Shown: positions 1 through 10,200 of the stretch, piece by piece | Position numbering within the stretch: the first letter of the stretch is position 1 | Layout: the number at the start of each line of letters is the position of its first letter | Assembly (NCBI GenBank): GCA_020725805.1 | Contig: DYEF01000023.1 | Coordinates: 20,783-84,782 of the forward strand | Reading direction: 5' to 3' | Source: Bdellovibrio sp. | GTDB taxonomy: Bacteria > Myxococcota > SpSt-1050 | Length of the DNA stretch: 64,000 bases | The notes under the pieces: model-generated | What the model was told of the DNA's origin: nothing | The model's input: the letters and a program-made list of their open reading frames with translations, nothing else | The model's database searches: none | Made by a program: the position numbers and the translations under genes

Positions 1-1202
1 TAGCCAAACTTACCGGCGGCACAAAACTGACGGCAACAGGTATAGCGGTAGGAACGGTCTGGTATATGTCTCCTGAGCAGATCAGAGGTGCAGAACTGGA
101 TGCCAGAAGTGACCTCTACGCACTGGGAATCACCCTTTACGAGGCACTCACCGGACGGGTCCCCTTCAATTCGGAGAGCGATTATGAGGTGAGGAAGAGC
201 CACGTCGAGGTCAACCCGCCATCACCGCTGATGCACGACAGCTCCCTGCCGCAGGCCGCAGAGACGGTCCTCTTAAAAGTCCTCTCAAAAAATCCGGCTG
301 ACAGATATCAGAATGCGCAGGAATTCAAGAAGGCAATCGAATCCATCAGGACATCTCCTCTGGTAATAACACCGGAATATCAGTCTCAGGGGATTCCGAC
401 CGAACAGATACAGAAGAAAAGCAGCAACAAGGGAATTGTTATTGCCCTGATTATCCTGATACTTATCCTCTGTGGCGGAGCGGTCTATTATTTTCTCTTC
501 CACCAGAAGATGCTTGCGCCTCAGGTAAATCCCCTGAGGGCCGAACAGGTTTATATCCCCGCGGGCGAATTTACAATGGGGAGCGAAAAGGGTAAAGACG
601 ACGAAAAGCCCGTGAAGAAAGTCCTTCTATCTGGTTATTACATCGACAAATACGAAGTTACGAATCTTCAGTACCAGAAGTGTGTGGAGGCAAAGATATG
701 CGGTGCACCGCAGGATTTTCTTGTCAACAAATCTCCGTCTGCACCGGTCGTCGGTGTCAGTTACAATGACGCAAAGACATTCTGCGAATGGGCCAAGAAG
801 AGACTCCCGACAGAGGCGGAGTGGGAAAAGGCAGCATCACAGAAGGGAAAAAACACGGAATACCCATGGGGAGACGAAAAACCTGACTGCAAAAGAGCCA
901 ATTTCGTGGAATGTGACCTCAAACTCAAGGAGGTCGGGAGTTTTGTAAGCGGTGCAAGCGGTTACGGCGTAATGGATATGGCCGGCAATGTCGCCGAGTG
1001 GGTTGCCGACTGGTACGACAAGAATGCTTATCTGACCATGAATACCACAAATCCGAAGGGCCCGCTGACCGGTACATACAGGGTTGTGCGCGGCGGTTCG
1101 TTCAAGAGTACATCAATGGATCTGAGAAAGAGTAACCGTATGTATTCATCACCGTCAGAGAGACTTATGACTGTCGGATTCAGATGTGCAAGAAGTGAAT
1201 AG
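1..1202 (+). CDS. Ser/Thr protein kinase, 5'-truncated by the window edge; C-terminal kinase lobe, one TM helix, then an FGE-sulfatase (SUMF1-like) domain
   Basis: ORF 66..1202 runs open back to the window start. Kinase subdomain IX-XI motifs are visible (DLYALGITLYEALTGRVPF), followed by a hydrophobic helix (IVIALIILILILCGGAVYYFLF). The C-terminal region then matches formylglycine-generating-enzyme/sulfatase-modifying-factor motifs (YIPAGEFTMGS, RVVRGGSF, GFRCAR). Confidence 0.8.
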   Translation, partial: AKLTGGTKLTATGIAVGTVWYMSPEQIRGAELDARSDLYALGITLYEALTGRVPFNSESDYEVRKSHVEVNPPSPLMHDSSLPQAAETVLLKVLSKNPADRYQNAQEFKKAIESIRTSPLVITPEYQSQGIPTEQIQKKSSNKGIVIALIILILILCGGAVYYFLFHQKMLAPQVNPLRAEQVYIPAGEFTMGSEKGKDDEKPVKKVLLSGYYIDKYEVTNLQYQKCVEAKICGAPQDFLVNKSPSAPVVGVSYNDAKTFCEWAKKRLPTEAEWEKAASQKGKNTEYPWGDEKPDCKRANFVECDLKLKEVGSFVSGASGYGVMDMAGNVAEWVADWYDKNAYLTMNTTNPKGPLTGTYRVVRGGSFKSTSMDLRKSNRMYSSPSERLMTVGFRCARSE

Positions 1203-1458
1203 TATAACCCTTCTTCTCGACGGACACTGCATAGAGACTACAGCCAGAAAAAGGCTTACAGAGCTGATAAGAAAATCCCTCACAGACGAATCGTCAGATG
1301 AATATTCGGGAGAGATAGAATTTCTCAGGGAATTCATAGAAAGAACAGATTTCAGAAGAATAAGGGCGGATAATCCTTTTCTCGACGGAAGAACAAGGAT
1401 AAAGGTAATTGTTGAACTCAACAGCAGCAGGGAATATCTCTTCAGGATAATCAAGTAG
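1186..1458 (+). CDS. hypothetical small protein (90 aa), uncertain
   Basis: ORF overlaps the kinase stop by 17 nt and fills an otherwise 300 nt gap. It has no recognisable motif and a weak RBS. Confidence 0.25.
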   Translation: MQEVNSITLLLDGHCIETTARKRLTELIRKSLTDESSDEYSGEIEFLREFIERTDFRRIRADNPFLDGRTRIKVIVELNSSREYLFRIIK

Positions 1459-1506
1459 CTTACCAGTACCCGTCATCCTGATTTTTCAATACAATCAAAT
1501 ATTTTG

Positions 1507-1534
1507 TTGATATTGAGTAAAATGTTTGTATTAT
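1507..1534 (+). promoter_or_regulatory. putative sigma70 promoter for tnaA (TTGATA-16-TATTAT)
   Basis: -35 TTGATA at 1507-1512, a 16 nt spacer, -10 TATTAT at 1529-1534. This lies about 30 nt upstream of the preferred ATG at 1567. Confidence 0.35.
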
Positions 1535-1566
1535 CTCCTCACCTGTATTTTCCAAGGAGTCGTAAA

Positions 1567-2931
1567 ATGTTATTCGAACCCTTCAGAATCAAAATGACCG
1601 AGCCGATAAGAATATTATCAAGGGAAGAACGGGTAAAGAAGATCAAAGAGGCATGTTATAACCTCTTTCTTCTCAGGGCAGAGGACGTAATGATAGACCT
1701 TCTGACAGATTCCGGAACCGGTTCTATGAGTGCAAATCAGTGGTCTGCAATAATGGTGGGTGATGAATCCTATGCCGGAGCAACGAGCTTTTTCAAATTT
1801 GAAGAGACAGTCAGAAAGATTACAGGACTGAAATACATACTGCCGACTCATCAGGGCCGGGCCGCAGAGAGAATACTCTTCGGACTGGTTGCCAGAAAGG
1901 GTATGGTTATCCCGTCCAACACACACTTCGATACCACGAGGGCACTTATAGAATTCAATGAGGCTCTGGCCGTCGACCTTGTTATTGACGAAGGGAAGAA
2001 ACCGTCTGTAAAACACCCGTTCAAGGGGAATATGGACCTGAACAAGCTCGAGGAGACAATAAAAAAATTCGGTCCCGAGAATATTCCGCTCTGTATGATT
2101 ACTATAACAAACAATTCCGGAGGCGGTCAGCCCGTCTCTCTGGAGAATATCAGAGAGACAAAAAGGCTTTTATCGAGATACAAAATCCCTCTGTTTATCG
2201 ACGCCTGCAGGTTCGCCGAAAACGCCTATTTCATCAAGAAGAGGGAGAAGGGTTACGAGAATAAATCGATACTCGAGATAGCCCGTGAGATATTCAGTTA
2301 TGCCGACGGCTGTACAATGAGCGCAAAGAAGGACGGTCTGGTCAACATCGGCGGTTTTCTGGCCCTCAACAACGAGGAACTGGCAATCCGGGCAAAAAAT
2401 ATGCTCATCCTTACCGAAGGATTCCCGACCTACGGGGGTCTTGCGGGGAGAGACCTTGAGGCACTCGCAGTCGGACTGAACGAGGTCTTAGATGAGCAGT
2501 ATCTCTCATACAGAATCGGTCAGGTGGAATACCTCGGGAACAGATTGCTCGAAAAGGGGATACCGATTATCGAGCCGACAGGGGGACACGCAGTATATAT
2601 CGATGCGGGTTCACTCCTTGGTCACATCAAACCCGAGAACTTTCCCGCACAGGCCCTTTCGGTCGAACTCTACATAGAAGGCGGCATAAGGACTGTCGAG
2701 ATAGGTTCTGTAATGTTCGGGAAGAAAGAGGAGTCCGGCAGATTCAAACCCGCTCCCCTAGAGCTTGTCAGGCTCGCAATTCCGAGAAGAGTCTATACGA
2801 TGAGCCATATGGACTACATTGCAGACGTGGCAGGGAGTCTGAAAGAGAGGGCAGAAGAGATCAGGGGATACAGAATTACCTACGAGGCACCGCACCTTAG
2901 GCACTTCACGGCACACTTCGAGCCGGTATGA
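1567..2931 (+). CDS. tnaA: tryptophanase-type beta-eliminating lyase (PLP)
   Basis: Start is moved from the ORF-track 1504 to ATG 1567, which has AAGGAG 8 nt upstream and the N-terminus MLFEPFRIKMTEP typical of TnaA/Tpl. Motifs: IDLLTDSGTG, PTHQGRAAE, GFPTYGGLAGRD (TnaA-like), PLP lysine in TMSAKKDGLVNIGGFLA, and RLAIPRRVYT. Confidence 0.85.
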   Translation: MLFEPFRIKMTEPIRILSREERVKKIKEACYNLFLLRAEDVMIDLLTDSGTGSMSANQWSAIMVGDESYAGATSFFKFEETVRKITGLKYILPTHQGRAAERILFGLVARKGMVIPSNTHFDTTRALIEFNEALAVDLVIDEGKKPSVKHPFKGNMDLNKLEETIKKFGPENIPLCMITITNNSGGGQPVSLENIRETKRLLSRYKIPLFIDACRFAENAYFIKKREKGYENKSILEIAREIFSYADGCTMSAKKDGLVNIGGFLALNNEELAIRAKNMLILTEGFPTYGGLAGRDLEALAVGLNEVLDEQYLSYRIGQVEYLGNRLLEKGIPIIEPTGGHAVYIDAGSLLGHIKPENFPAQALSVELYIEGGIRTVEIGSVMFGKKEESGRFKPAPLELVRLAIPRRVYTMSHMDYIADVAGSLKERAEEIRGYRITYEAPHLRHFTAHFEPV

Positions 2932-3032
2932 GTCTCTTGCAGAAGACCGCATCCCGGACAAGCAACCGGGGCAAATTAAATTTGACAACATACAATATCA
3001 TATTATAATTACTTCTGAAGTTTGGAGTTATT

Positions 3033-3299
3033 ATGCCCCTTATCGACAACGTAGAACAGGCAATCAGACTTGCCAAGGCAATTGCCTCGGACATAGCAAT
3101 CTATCACGAAAACAAGATTGTCGAAGGAATAATCAAGGATAATCTCTTCGAATCGATGGCCGCAATATTCGAAGAAGGCAGAAAACTATACAAGCAGAGA
3201 ATCAAACCCGAAATAGACCCCAATGCCAATCTGTTCGACAGGGCACTTGTGGATGTAATCCTAAAGTCCAAGGCCCACGTGAGATCCAAGATCTGGTAA
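3033..3299 (+). CDS. hypothetical protein (88 aa), translationally coupled to rluD
   Basis: GGAG RBS. Its stop TAA overlaps the rluD ATG as taaATG at 3297-3302. Confidence 0.45.
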   Translation: MPLIDNVEQAIRLAKAIASDIAIYHENKIVEGIIKDNLFESMAAIFEEGRKLYKQRIKPEIDPNANLFDRALVDVILKSKAHVRSKIW

Positions 3300-4262
3300 A
3301 TGCCAGAGAAACTAATAATACAATCCGACAAAGACGAAGAAAGAATAGACAAGTTCATATCATCAAAGACAGACAGACTTTCACGCCAGAAAATAATCGA
3401 ACTCATCAGAAGCGGACATATACTCCTAAACGGCAATATAACAGAGCCCTCTAAAAGAATCAGGACCGGCGACACAATTACAATCAATATCCCGGACCCG
3501 GTGCAGACAGAACTGACTCCACAGGACATCCCGTTCGAAATTATCTACGAGGATGAAGATATACTTATCATCAACAAACCGTCTGACCTCGTCGTACACC
3601 CCGCGTGCGGGCACAAGGACAATACTCTCGTAAACGCCCTCCTCTTCAGGGTCAGCTCCCTGTCAAGGCTCGGAGGAGATATAAAACCCGGCATCGTTCA
3701 CAGACTCGACAAGGGGACGAGCGGGCTGATGCTGGTAGCAAAGAACGATTACATTCACTCAAAACTTGCAAAGATGTTCGAGCGGCACACAATAAAAAAG
3801 TTCTACAGACTCATTACACATTCGGTCCCGCGCCAGCTCTCGGGGACAATCGAGACACTCTACGGCAGAGACAAAAATAACAGGAAAAAGTTTACAACTA
3901 AAGTCAGAGAAGGTAAAAAGGCAATAACGGTCTACAGAACACTAAAGAGATTCGGCAGGATTGCCTCCTACATAGAGGCACAGCTTATAACAGGCCGTAC
4001 ACACCAGATAAGAGTTCATTTTTCGGAGATGGGATGCCCGATTATCGGAGATGATTTCTATTCAAGAAGGAGAACCGGGAGTTTCGAAAATGAGGTACTG
4101 AAGGAAAAGATAAAATCGCTGAATCACCCTCTGCTGCACTCTTACAGGGTCGAATTTACACATCCAAGACAACAGAAATGGATGGTATTCTCTGCCGAGC
4201 CGCCGCAGGATTTCAGAGAGATTTTAGGATTATTCGAGGAGATATATGCAGAAAACGAATAG
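3300..4262 (+). CDS. rluD: 23S rRNA pseudouridine synthase, RluA family with N-terminal S4 domain (RluD-like)
   Basis: S4-like N-terminus, catalytic HRLDKGTSGLMLVAKN motif, and the conserved RTHQIRVH block. Confidence 0.85.
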   Translation: MPEKLIIQSDKDEERIDKFISSKTDRLSRQKIIELIRSGHILLNGNITEPSKRIRTGDTITINIPDPVQTELTPQDIPFEIIYEDEDILIINKPSDLVVHPACGHKDNTLVNALLFRVSSLSRLGGDIKPGIVHRLDKGTSGLMLVAKNDYIHSKLAKMFERHTIKKFYRLITHSVPRQLSGTIETLYGRDKNNRKKFTTKVREGKKAITVYRTLKRFGRIASYIEAQLITGRTHQIRVHFSEMGCPIIGDDFYSRRRTGSFENEVLKEKIKSLNHPLLHSYRVEFTHPRQQKWMVFSAEPPQDFREILGLFEEIYAENE

Positions 4263-5412
4263 GATAATTGTTTCAGACAAAGGTAGGGAGAGAATCATCT
4301 CCGGACACAAATGGGTATTCCGCTCTGACATCGCAGAAGACAAATCGGACAATTCGGATATCGTACTTATATTCGACAAAAAGAGGCATCTTCTCGGAAC
4401 CGCCCTTTACTCAAGAGATTCACAGATTGCATTGAGGTTGATGAGTACAGACGAGATAACAGATGTAGCAAAACATATCGAAAACTCGCTTGATTCTGCG
4501 ATAAGATACCGTAAATCACTGAATCTCACGGGCGACTGTATGAGAATAATCCATTCTGAGGCAGACAACCTGCCGGGTCTGATAATCGACAAATACTCTG
4601 ACACCATTGTATTTCAGATACTCACCCGCCCGATGGAGAATCTGAAGGATATCGTTATACAAAAGATCGTAAACACACTGAATCCCGTGCAGGTATTCGA
4701 AAAGAACGACTCCGGCACGAGGGATATCGAGAAACTTCCGAAGATTCTTCAGACCGTCTACGGTACCAAAAGGGATAATCTCTTCTGCACCGAAAATCAT
4801 CTTGTCTTCTATGCAGACCTCATAAACTCACAGAAGACATCCGAATTTTTAGACCAGAAAATCAACAGATTCATCCTCGGACAGAGAGGAAGCGGAAGAG
4901 TACTTGATCTGTTCTGCTATCACGGCTGGTTTGGATGCAATATCAGGAATTACAGTGAACTCATTATCGCAGACTCATCAAGAGAGGCACTCAGAATAGC
5001 CGAAATAAATCTCAAGCTCAACCAGAAGAAGAATTTCTCTGTAAAAGAAATAAATGTCTTTGATTTTCTGAGGACACTGGACAAACAGAATGAATCTTTC
5101 GACACAATAATCCTCGACCCTCCCGGATTCATCAAGAGCAAGAAGGACCTTAGAAGCGGATATTCGGGATATAAGGAAATAAATCTGAGGGCGATGAAGA
5201 TACTGAAGAGAGACGGGATACTGGCAACATTCTCCTGCTCTTATTATATGAGCAACGAAGAATTTCTGAATATGCTGCGGGATGCCGCAAAAGATGCAAA
5301 AGCCGAATTTATTATAGAGACGAGTCTTAGCCAGTCCCCCGACCACAGAGAGCTTCTCGGCTTCCCTGAATCCCATTACCTCAAAGGATACCTTCTAAGA
5401 AAGGTAAACTGA
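4246..5412 (+). CDS. rlmI: class I SAM-dependent rRNA (m5C) methyltransferase, RlmI/YccW-like (PUA + MTase)
   Basis: Overlaps the rluD end. Carries VLDLFCYHGWFG (SAM motif I), ILDPPGF (motif IV) and a PUA-like N-terminal region. Confidence 0.75.
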   Translation: MQKTNRIIVSDKGRERIISGHKWVFRSDIAEDKSDNSDIVLIFDKKRHLLGTALYSRDSQIALRLMSTDEITDVAKHIENSLDSAIRYRKSLNLTGDCMRIIHSEADNLPGLIIDKYSDTIVFQILTRPMENLKDIVIQKIVNTLNPVQVFEKNDSGTRDIEKLPKILQTVYGTKRDNLFCTENHLVFYADLINSQKTSEFLDQKINRFILGQRGSGRVLDLFCYHGWFGCNIRNYSELIIADSSREALRIAEINLKLNQKKNFSVKEINVFDFLRTLDKQNESFDTIILDPPGFIKSKKDLRSGYSGYKEINLRAMKILKRDGILATFSCSYYMSNEEFLNMLRDAAKDAKAEFIIETSLSQSPDHRELLGFPESHYLKGYLLRKVN

Positions 5413-5530
5413 ATGCCGACTGACTATTGGCTGTAAACCCATATTGAACTTCAGCTCTCTCGCCTTCAGCCCTTCAGCACTATCCTGTCTGTGGACTGTA
5501 GACCTTGGACTTCTTCTGTGGACTATACCA

Positions 5531-7069
5531 TCACTTCCACCGGTAATCTATCCCTATCGAGACGATTGGACCACCGAAGCCCTCTTCATCCCATTCTTTT
5601 TCATACTCCATCTTATTTGTCTCGGGATTGCAGACAAGTGAGTGACTCTTTCTCTTTTTGTAATCAAAGACCGCCGCACCACCTATAGAGACAGGAATAA
5701 TCAATGTCCCGTCTCCTCCGTTACCCCTCACGAAATTCTTTATCCCTATCTCACCCATAAACCATCCGGCCTGTGAATATGCCCAGTGCGAAAAAAGGTT
5801 CACGCTTTTGGAGACGGGAGCGGATATTTCTATATCAAGACTGTTCCATGCAAATTCATATTCCGCCTCTTTTCCTGAATCACAGGGGTCACCCTCCTTA
5901 TTAACTCCTCCTGCTGCCACATCTGCACCGACAAAACTCCAGCTGCTGTGCTTCTCCTGATAGATGAATGAGTTTCGCATAGTAAAACTCAGTCCGTCTA
6001 TCGCACCAAGTCTGACCTTCTGCATAAAGAGAAAGTTTCTCTGCAGATCGTGTCCCGAATAACTGTATCCCGTGCCGAGTCCGACCTCGAAGAGGTCTGT
6101 ATTATAAGAGGGGATTATGTCAATCTGGAAAGGGCTCGTATTATCCGTTGAAAATAAAATTCCCGCATTACTTATTCCGGCCTCGAGCTTGAGCGGAAAA
6201 GAGAATGTATAGTCATACATAAGACTAATCAGAGTACCGACGGTCAGGGTCTCGACACCGATAAACGGAGCAACTCTTCCGTAAATCCTCTGCAAATCCT
6301 TTTCGTATGACGGGGCATACAGACTTTCGGAGAGAGGCTTTTCGGTTAGCAGGGCGACATCTCCCACATAAGCCCTGTTCCCTCTTCCTATTCTTATCAT
6401 ACATCTGTCCTCGGATACCTGAACAACCGGTGAGACTGCGGTCTGCTCTAAAGACGGCATCATCTCATAACTCTTTGTCCTGAGATTATATGTCTTTTTG
6501 AGTTCAGATGAGAGTATCTCGAACTTCATATTCTTTTCTATCCCGTCCTTTGAGCCGAGATTGATTATTGCATATCCCGGTGTCACTTCGATTACCTTCC
6601 CTTCCGGCCTTTTCTGCTCCTTCAAATCCGGCTTCTGCTGAGTAACTCCAGCGACAGAGCCTGCAGTCTTCTTGTTCAGAAGTTCATTTGAGAATGAGGT
6701 GACCGAGACCTTGCCGTCCGGTTTAAGGACCAGAGGAATCTGGGAATATGTGGCCAGTACGGCATATATCTGCTGACCATCCGTTTTGAACCTGACCACC
6801 TCACCATAGGTCTGTATGTTCTGCAGTTTTTCGGGCTTCTTCTCTTTATTCAATCTGTATACCTCAATGCCCTCCGACCCCCTTGCTACCATCAGGTACT
6901 GGTCTGCGATGATACAATCAAACACTTCGGACGATTCTATCCTGAAAAGTTCGCTCTCCTTTTCGTTAACTATCACCTGACCATTCTCAACCTTGCAGTT
7001 CATCTGGTCGGCATAAATCTCACTTACAAAAAGAGATACCGCAATAAAAATACCTAATACATACTTCAT
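5531..7069 (-). CDS. hypothetical secreted protein, possible outer-membrane beta-barrel C-terminal half
   Basis: Start set at MKYVLGIFIAVSLFVSEIYA (ATG 7069, GGGAGG RBS) rather than the track's 7087. Signal peptide present. The C-terminal half has alternating aromatic/Gly-rich strands. Confidence 0.65.
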   Translation of the reverse strand: MKYVLGIFIAVSLFVSEIYADQMNCKVENGQVIVNEKESELFRIESSEVFDCIIADQYLMVARGSEGIEVYRLNKEKKPEKLQNIQTYGEVVRFKTDGQQIYAVLATYSQIPLVLKPDGKVSVTSFSNELLNKKTAGSVAGVTQQKPDLKEQKRPEGKVIEVTPGYAIINLGSKDGIEKNMKFEILSSELKKTYNLRTKSYEMMPSLEQTAVSPVVQVSEDRCMIRIGRGNRAYVGDVALLTEKPLSESLYAPSYEKDLQRIYGRVAPFIGVETLTVGTLISLMYDYTFSFPLKLEAGISNAGILFSTDNTSPFQIDIIPSYNTDLFEVGLGTGYSYSGHDLQRNFLFMQKVRLGAIDGLSFTMRNSFIYQEKHSSWSFVGADVAAGGVNKEGDPCDSGKEAEYEFAWNSLDIEISAPVSKSVNLFSHWAYSQAGWFMGEIGIKNFVRGNGGDGTLIIPVSIGGAAVFDYKKRKSHSLVCNPETNKMEYEKEWDEEGFGGPIVSIGIDYRWK

Positions 7070-7274
7070 AAATCCTCCCTGAAACAATCTGCATCTGAAC
7101 TCCTTTTATCACAGGCAAACTGTCAAGTCCAGATTTATGTCCTTGCCGGGAGAGCTTATGACACAGAAGTCTATATAGCCGCAACCGGAGTCTTTTCAGT
7201 TGAAAAAAGAGGGATATCAGATAGAATCGGCGTCTATGAAAGAGATGAACAATCAATCCAGAAGGTAGATCTCG

Positions 7275-10200
7275 ATGGAAAGGGAGATACTTTTTTGCAT
7301 AACAGCTCTTCAGATGGGGCTCGCGACTCCCGAATTGCTGAAAAATATCGGTAAAGAGCTTTCGGAGAAGAAGATAGGCTCAATCCGTGCAGAGCTTATC
7401 AGAAGGGCATCGATTCCGCCCGAAAAAATCAAGACAATAGAGCAGGCTGTGGACCTCTCCGCCTCTGTACACAACGGCAATTATAAAAAAATACTTTCGC
7501 AGAAGATATACCGCAAACTTGTCAGAGAAGCCTTCGGTGATTCCATCAGCATAAGCCATACCGGAGAGCTCAGACCTTCATACCCCAGAATAGTAGACGA
7601 CGAGACAATGACCGATATCCATACGGTGACGGAGGAATCACCGGAGAGATATTCACAGATAAAGGAGATAGGAGCCGGAGGAATCGGAAAGGTATTACTC
7701 GTATATGACCGGCATACAGGAAGAAATATTGCAGTAAAGGAGCTTCTTCCGGATATCAATCATCAGGTCTCCTCAGATTCGGTAATCAGTCCCGACGAGG
7801 CAAGATTCTTAAGAGAGGCGAGACTGACCGCCCAGCTGGAACATCCGTCCGTTGTCCCCGTCTATGAGATAGGGAGAAAACCGGACAACTCCATCTACTA
7901 CACAATGAAATACGTAAAGGGCAGGACGCTCTCGGATATAATCAGGAGCTCAAGCAGTCTCAATGAAAGACTCAAATTCCTGAGTCACTTCCTCAATCTC
8001 TGCAATGCCATCGCATACGCACACTCAAAAGGAGTCATTCACAGGGATATCAAACCACACAACGTTATGATCGGGGAGTTCGGAGAGACAGTCGTACTTG
8101 ACTGGGGGCTGGCGAAGATAAAAGGGACTACCGACACAGAGAACGAAAAATTTGCCAACCAGATGAGATTGCTGATGGATGCTGCGGCAGGAAAGACGGT
8201 AGCCGGAGAGGTAATGGGAACGCCGCAGTATATGCCGCCCGAACAGGCGTGGGGAGATGTAAACAATATCGACGAAAAGAGCGACATATACTCCCTCGGT
8301 GCCGTCCTCTATGAAATTCTGACAGGATTCCCTCCTTTCGACGGAGATTCTCCTTTGGAAATAGTCAAGGCAGTCAGGGCATATTCGCGCGGAGAAAAAA
8401 AACTCGTACCGGTAAAGGAGGAAGAGCCGGAATCTCCCGACGAACTCGCCGCAATAGCCGAAAAGGCACTGTCGGCTGACAAGAACAGGAGATATCAGTC
8501 TGTCGTTGACCTCATCGACGACGTCGAGGCATATATAGCGGGTCGAAAGGTGAGCGGACACAGATATTCGGTCTTCGCCTACCTGCGCTATATATTTAGA
8601 AGGGGAAAAAGGTCGCTGTTATTCGTTCTTACGGTCCTCACAATTCTGGCTCTCGCAACCTTTCTGCTCTATCGGACAAACAACATCAGATATGAGAATA
8701 TTTTCAGACTATATACAGAAAAGGCGCTGAATAATATTGAAAAAAATGACTTTCTCTCCGCCGCATACTATGCAGCACTCGCATCGGATATCAAGATGGG
8801 ACCGAATCCGCTGACCAGTATTCAGAATAATCAGATAGCATCGTCGCTTATTGGTGCCACCACCATAAAAGAGAAGAGTATAACATCAATCTCGGTATCG
8901 GATGATTCGAGATTCCTTGCCACCGGCACCGATGACGGGACAGTCTTTTTATATGAACTGGCGACATTAAAGACAACCGGAAAGGCGTCATTTCCGTCAG
9001 CTGTCTCGAAAATAATCTTTTCCTCAGAGGGAGATAAACTTGCAGCAGGTTTTTCGGACGGAAATATCAGGATATTCAATCTTCACCCCTTCTCGCTCGT
9101 CAAGGTAATCAAGGATTTTTCAACTCCGGTAAAGTCGCTTGTTTTTTCAGAAGGAGGGAAATATCTCTTCGCCGCTGCCGGAAACATATCTTCAGAACAG
9201 AGACAAGTGGCCGATTGCTCAATCAGGATATACTCTACCGGGGCATACAAATTTATCGATAATCTAACAGGACATACGAAATCCGTAAGTAATCTTTCAA
9301 TACTTGATTCCGGAAAGTATCTAATATCATCCTCTTACGACGGCAACATTATAGTCTGGGACATATTCAGCAAAAAGGAGATTAAGAGATTTACACTCGG
9401 GACTCCGGTCTTAAACCTTTCTGTAGCGAAAGACTTTCCTGTTTTTGCCCTCACTGAGGAGGGTAAGTTATTCTCACTCAGTATCTCTTCCGAACCGGCA
9501 ATTATCTCTATCAAATCATACAACCACAATATTATTACGGCAGGTGCCGGCAGCATAATCACCGGAGGAGGGGCATACGACGGCGAAAAATGCAGATTCT
9601 GCGACCTGAAGATATATGACCTGCAGAAGAACATTAATATTGTTCAGGGTTTCAGGTTCAGGATAACCGACATTGTACTGACTTCTGACACAAAACACAT
9701 AATTGTATCTGACGACAGAGGGAATATCTTTATCTTCAAACCGGCAAGCCTGCTTTCAAAACCATTTAAGGTTCAGTACAAATATACTTTGGCAGATCAG
9801 TTAGCTGGTATGAGATGTCTGAAACACATACAGAGCTGCTTTGCAACAGACAGGTCGATGAACTTTTATACCCTGCTGCCTGACAGGGTTGAATCAGAGA
9901 CCGCTTACAAATTGCCAAAGGCTATCGAGCACGGTAACTTCTATATAGTCGACAGAGATACAATTATCATCAACACCCCTGACAGGGAAGTCTATTATGC
10001 AAATCCGGCCAAAACGGTATATAAGAAGATATTTGCCGAAGCTTTAAAGATTCAATCCCTCAGAATAAGCAACAACAACGAATACATAGGTATCACGGAT
10101 ACAGAAGATACTTTCTATCTTCTGAAAAAATCGGGAGGTGAAATATCCGATACCCTCATCAGGGAAAGAAACGTACTCGGTTTTAACTTCCTGCCGGATT

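Noticed and set aside
1504-1566. ORF-track N-terminal extensions (tnaA from 1504, Rrf2 from 29143, purB from 31408, HEAT from 41573, panD from 43252, the 816 aa lipoprotein from 22343, the RDD protein from 60204)
   Set aside because: In each case an internal ATG is preceded by a good Shine-Dalgarno element and yields the canonical family N-terminus or a clean signal peptide or lipobox. The longer versions add non-conserved residues and lack an RBS.
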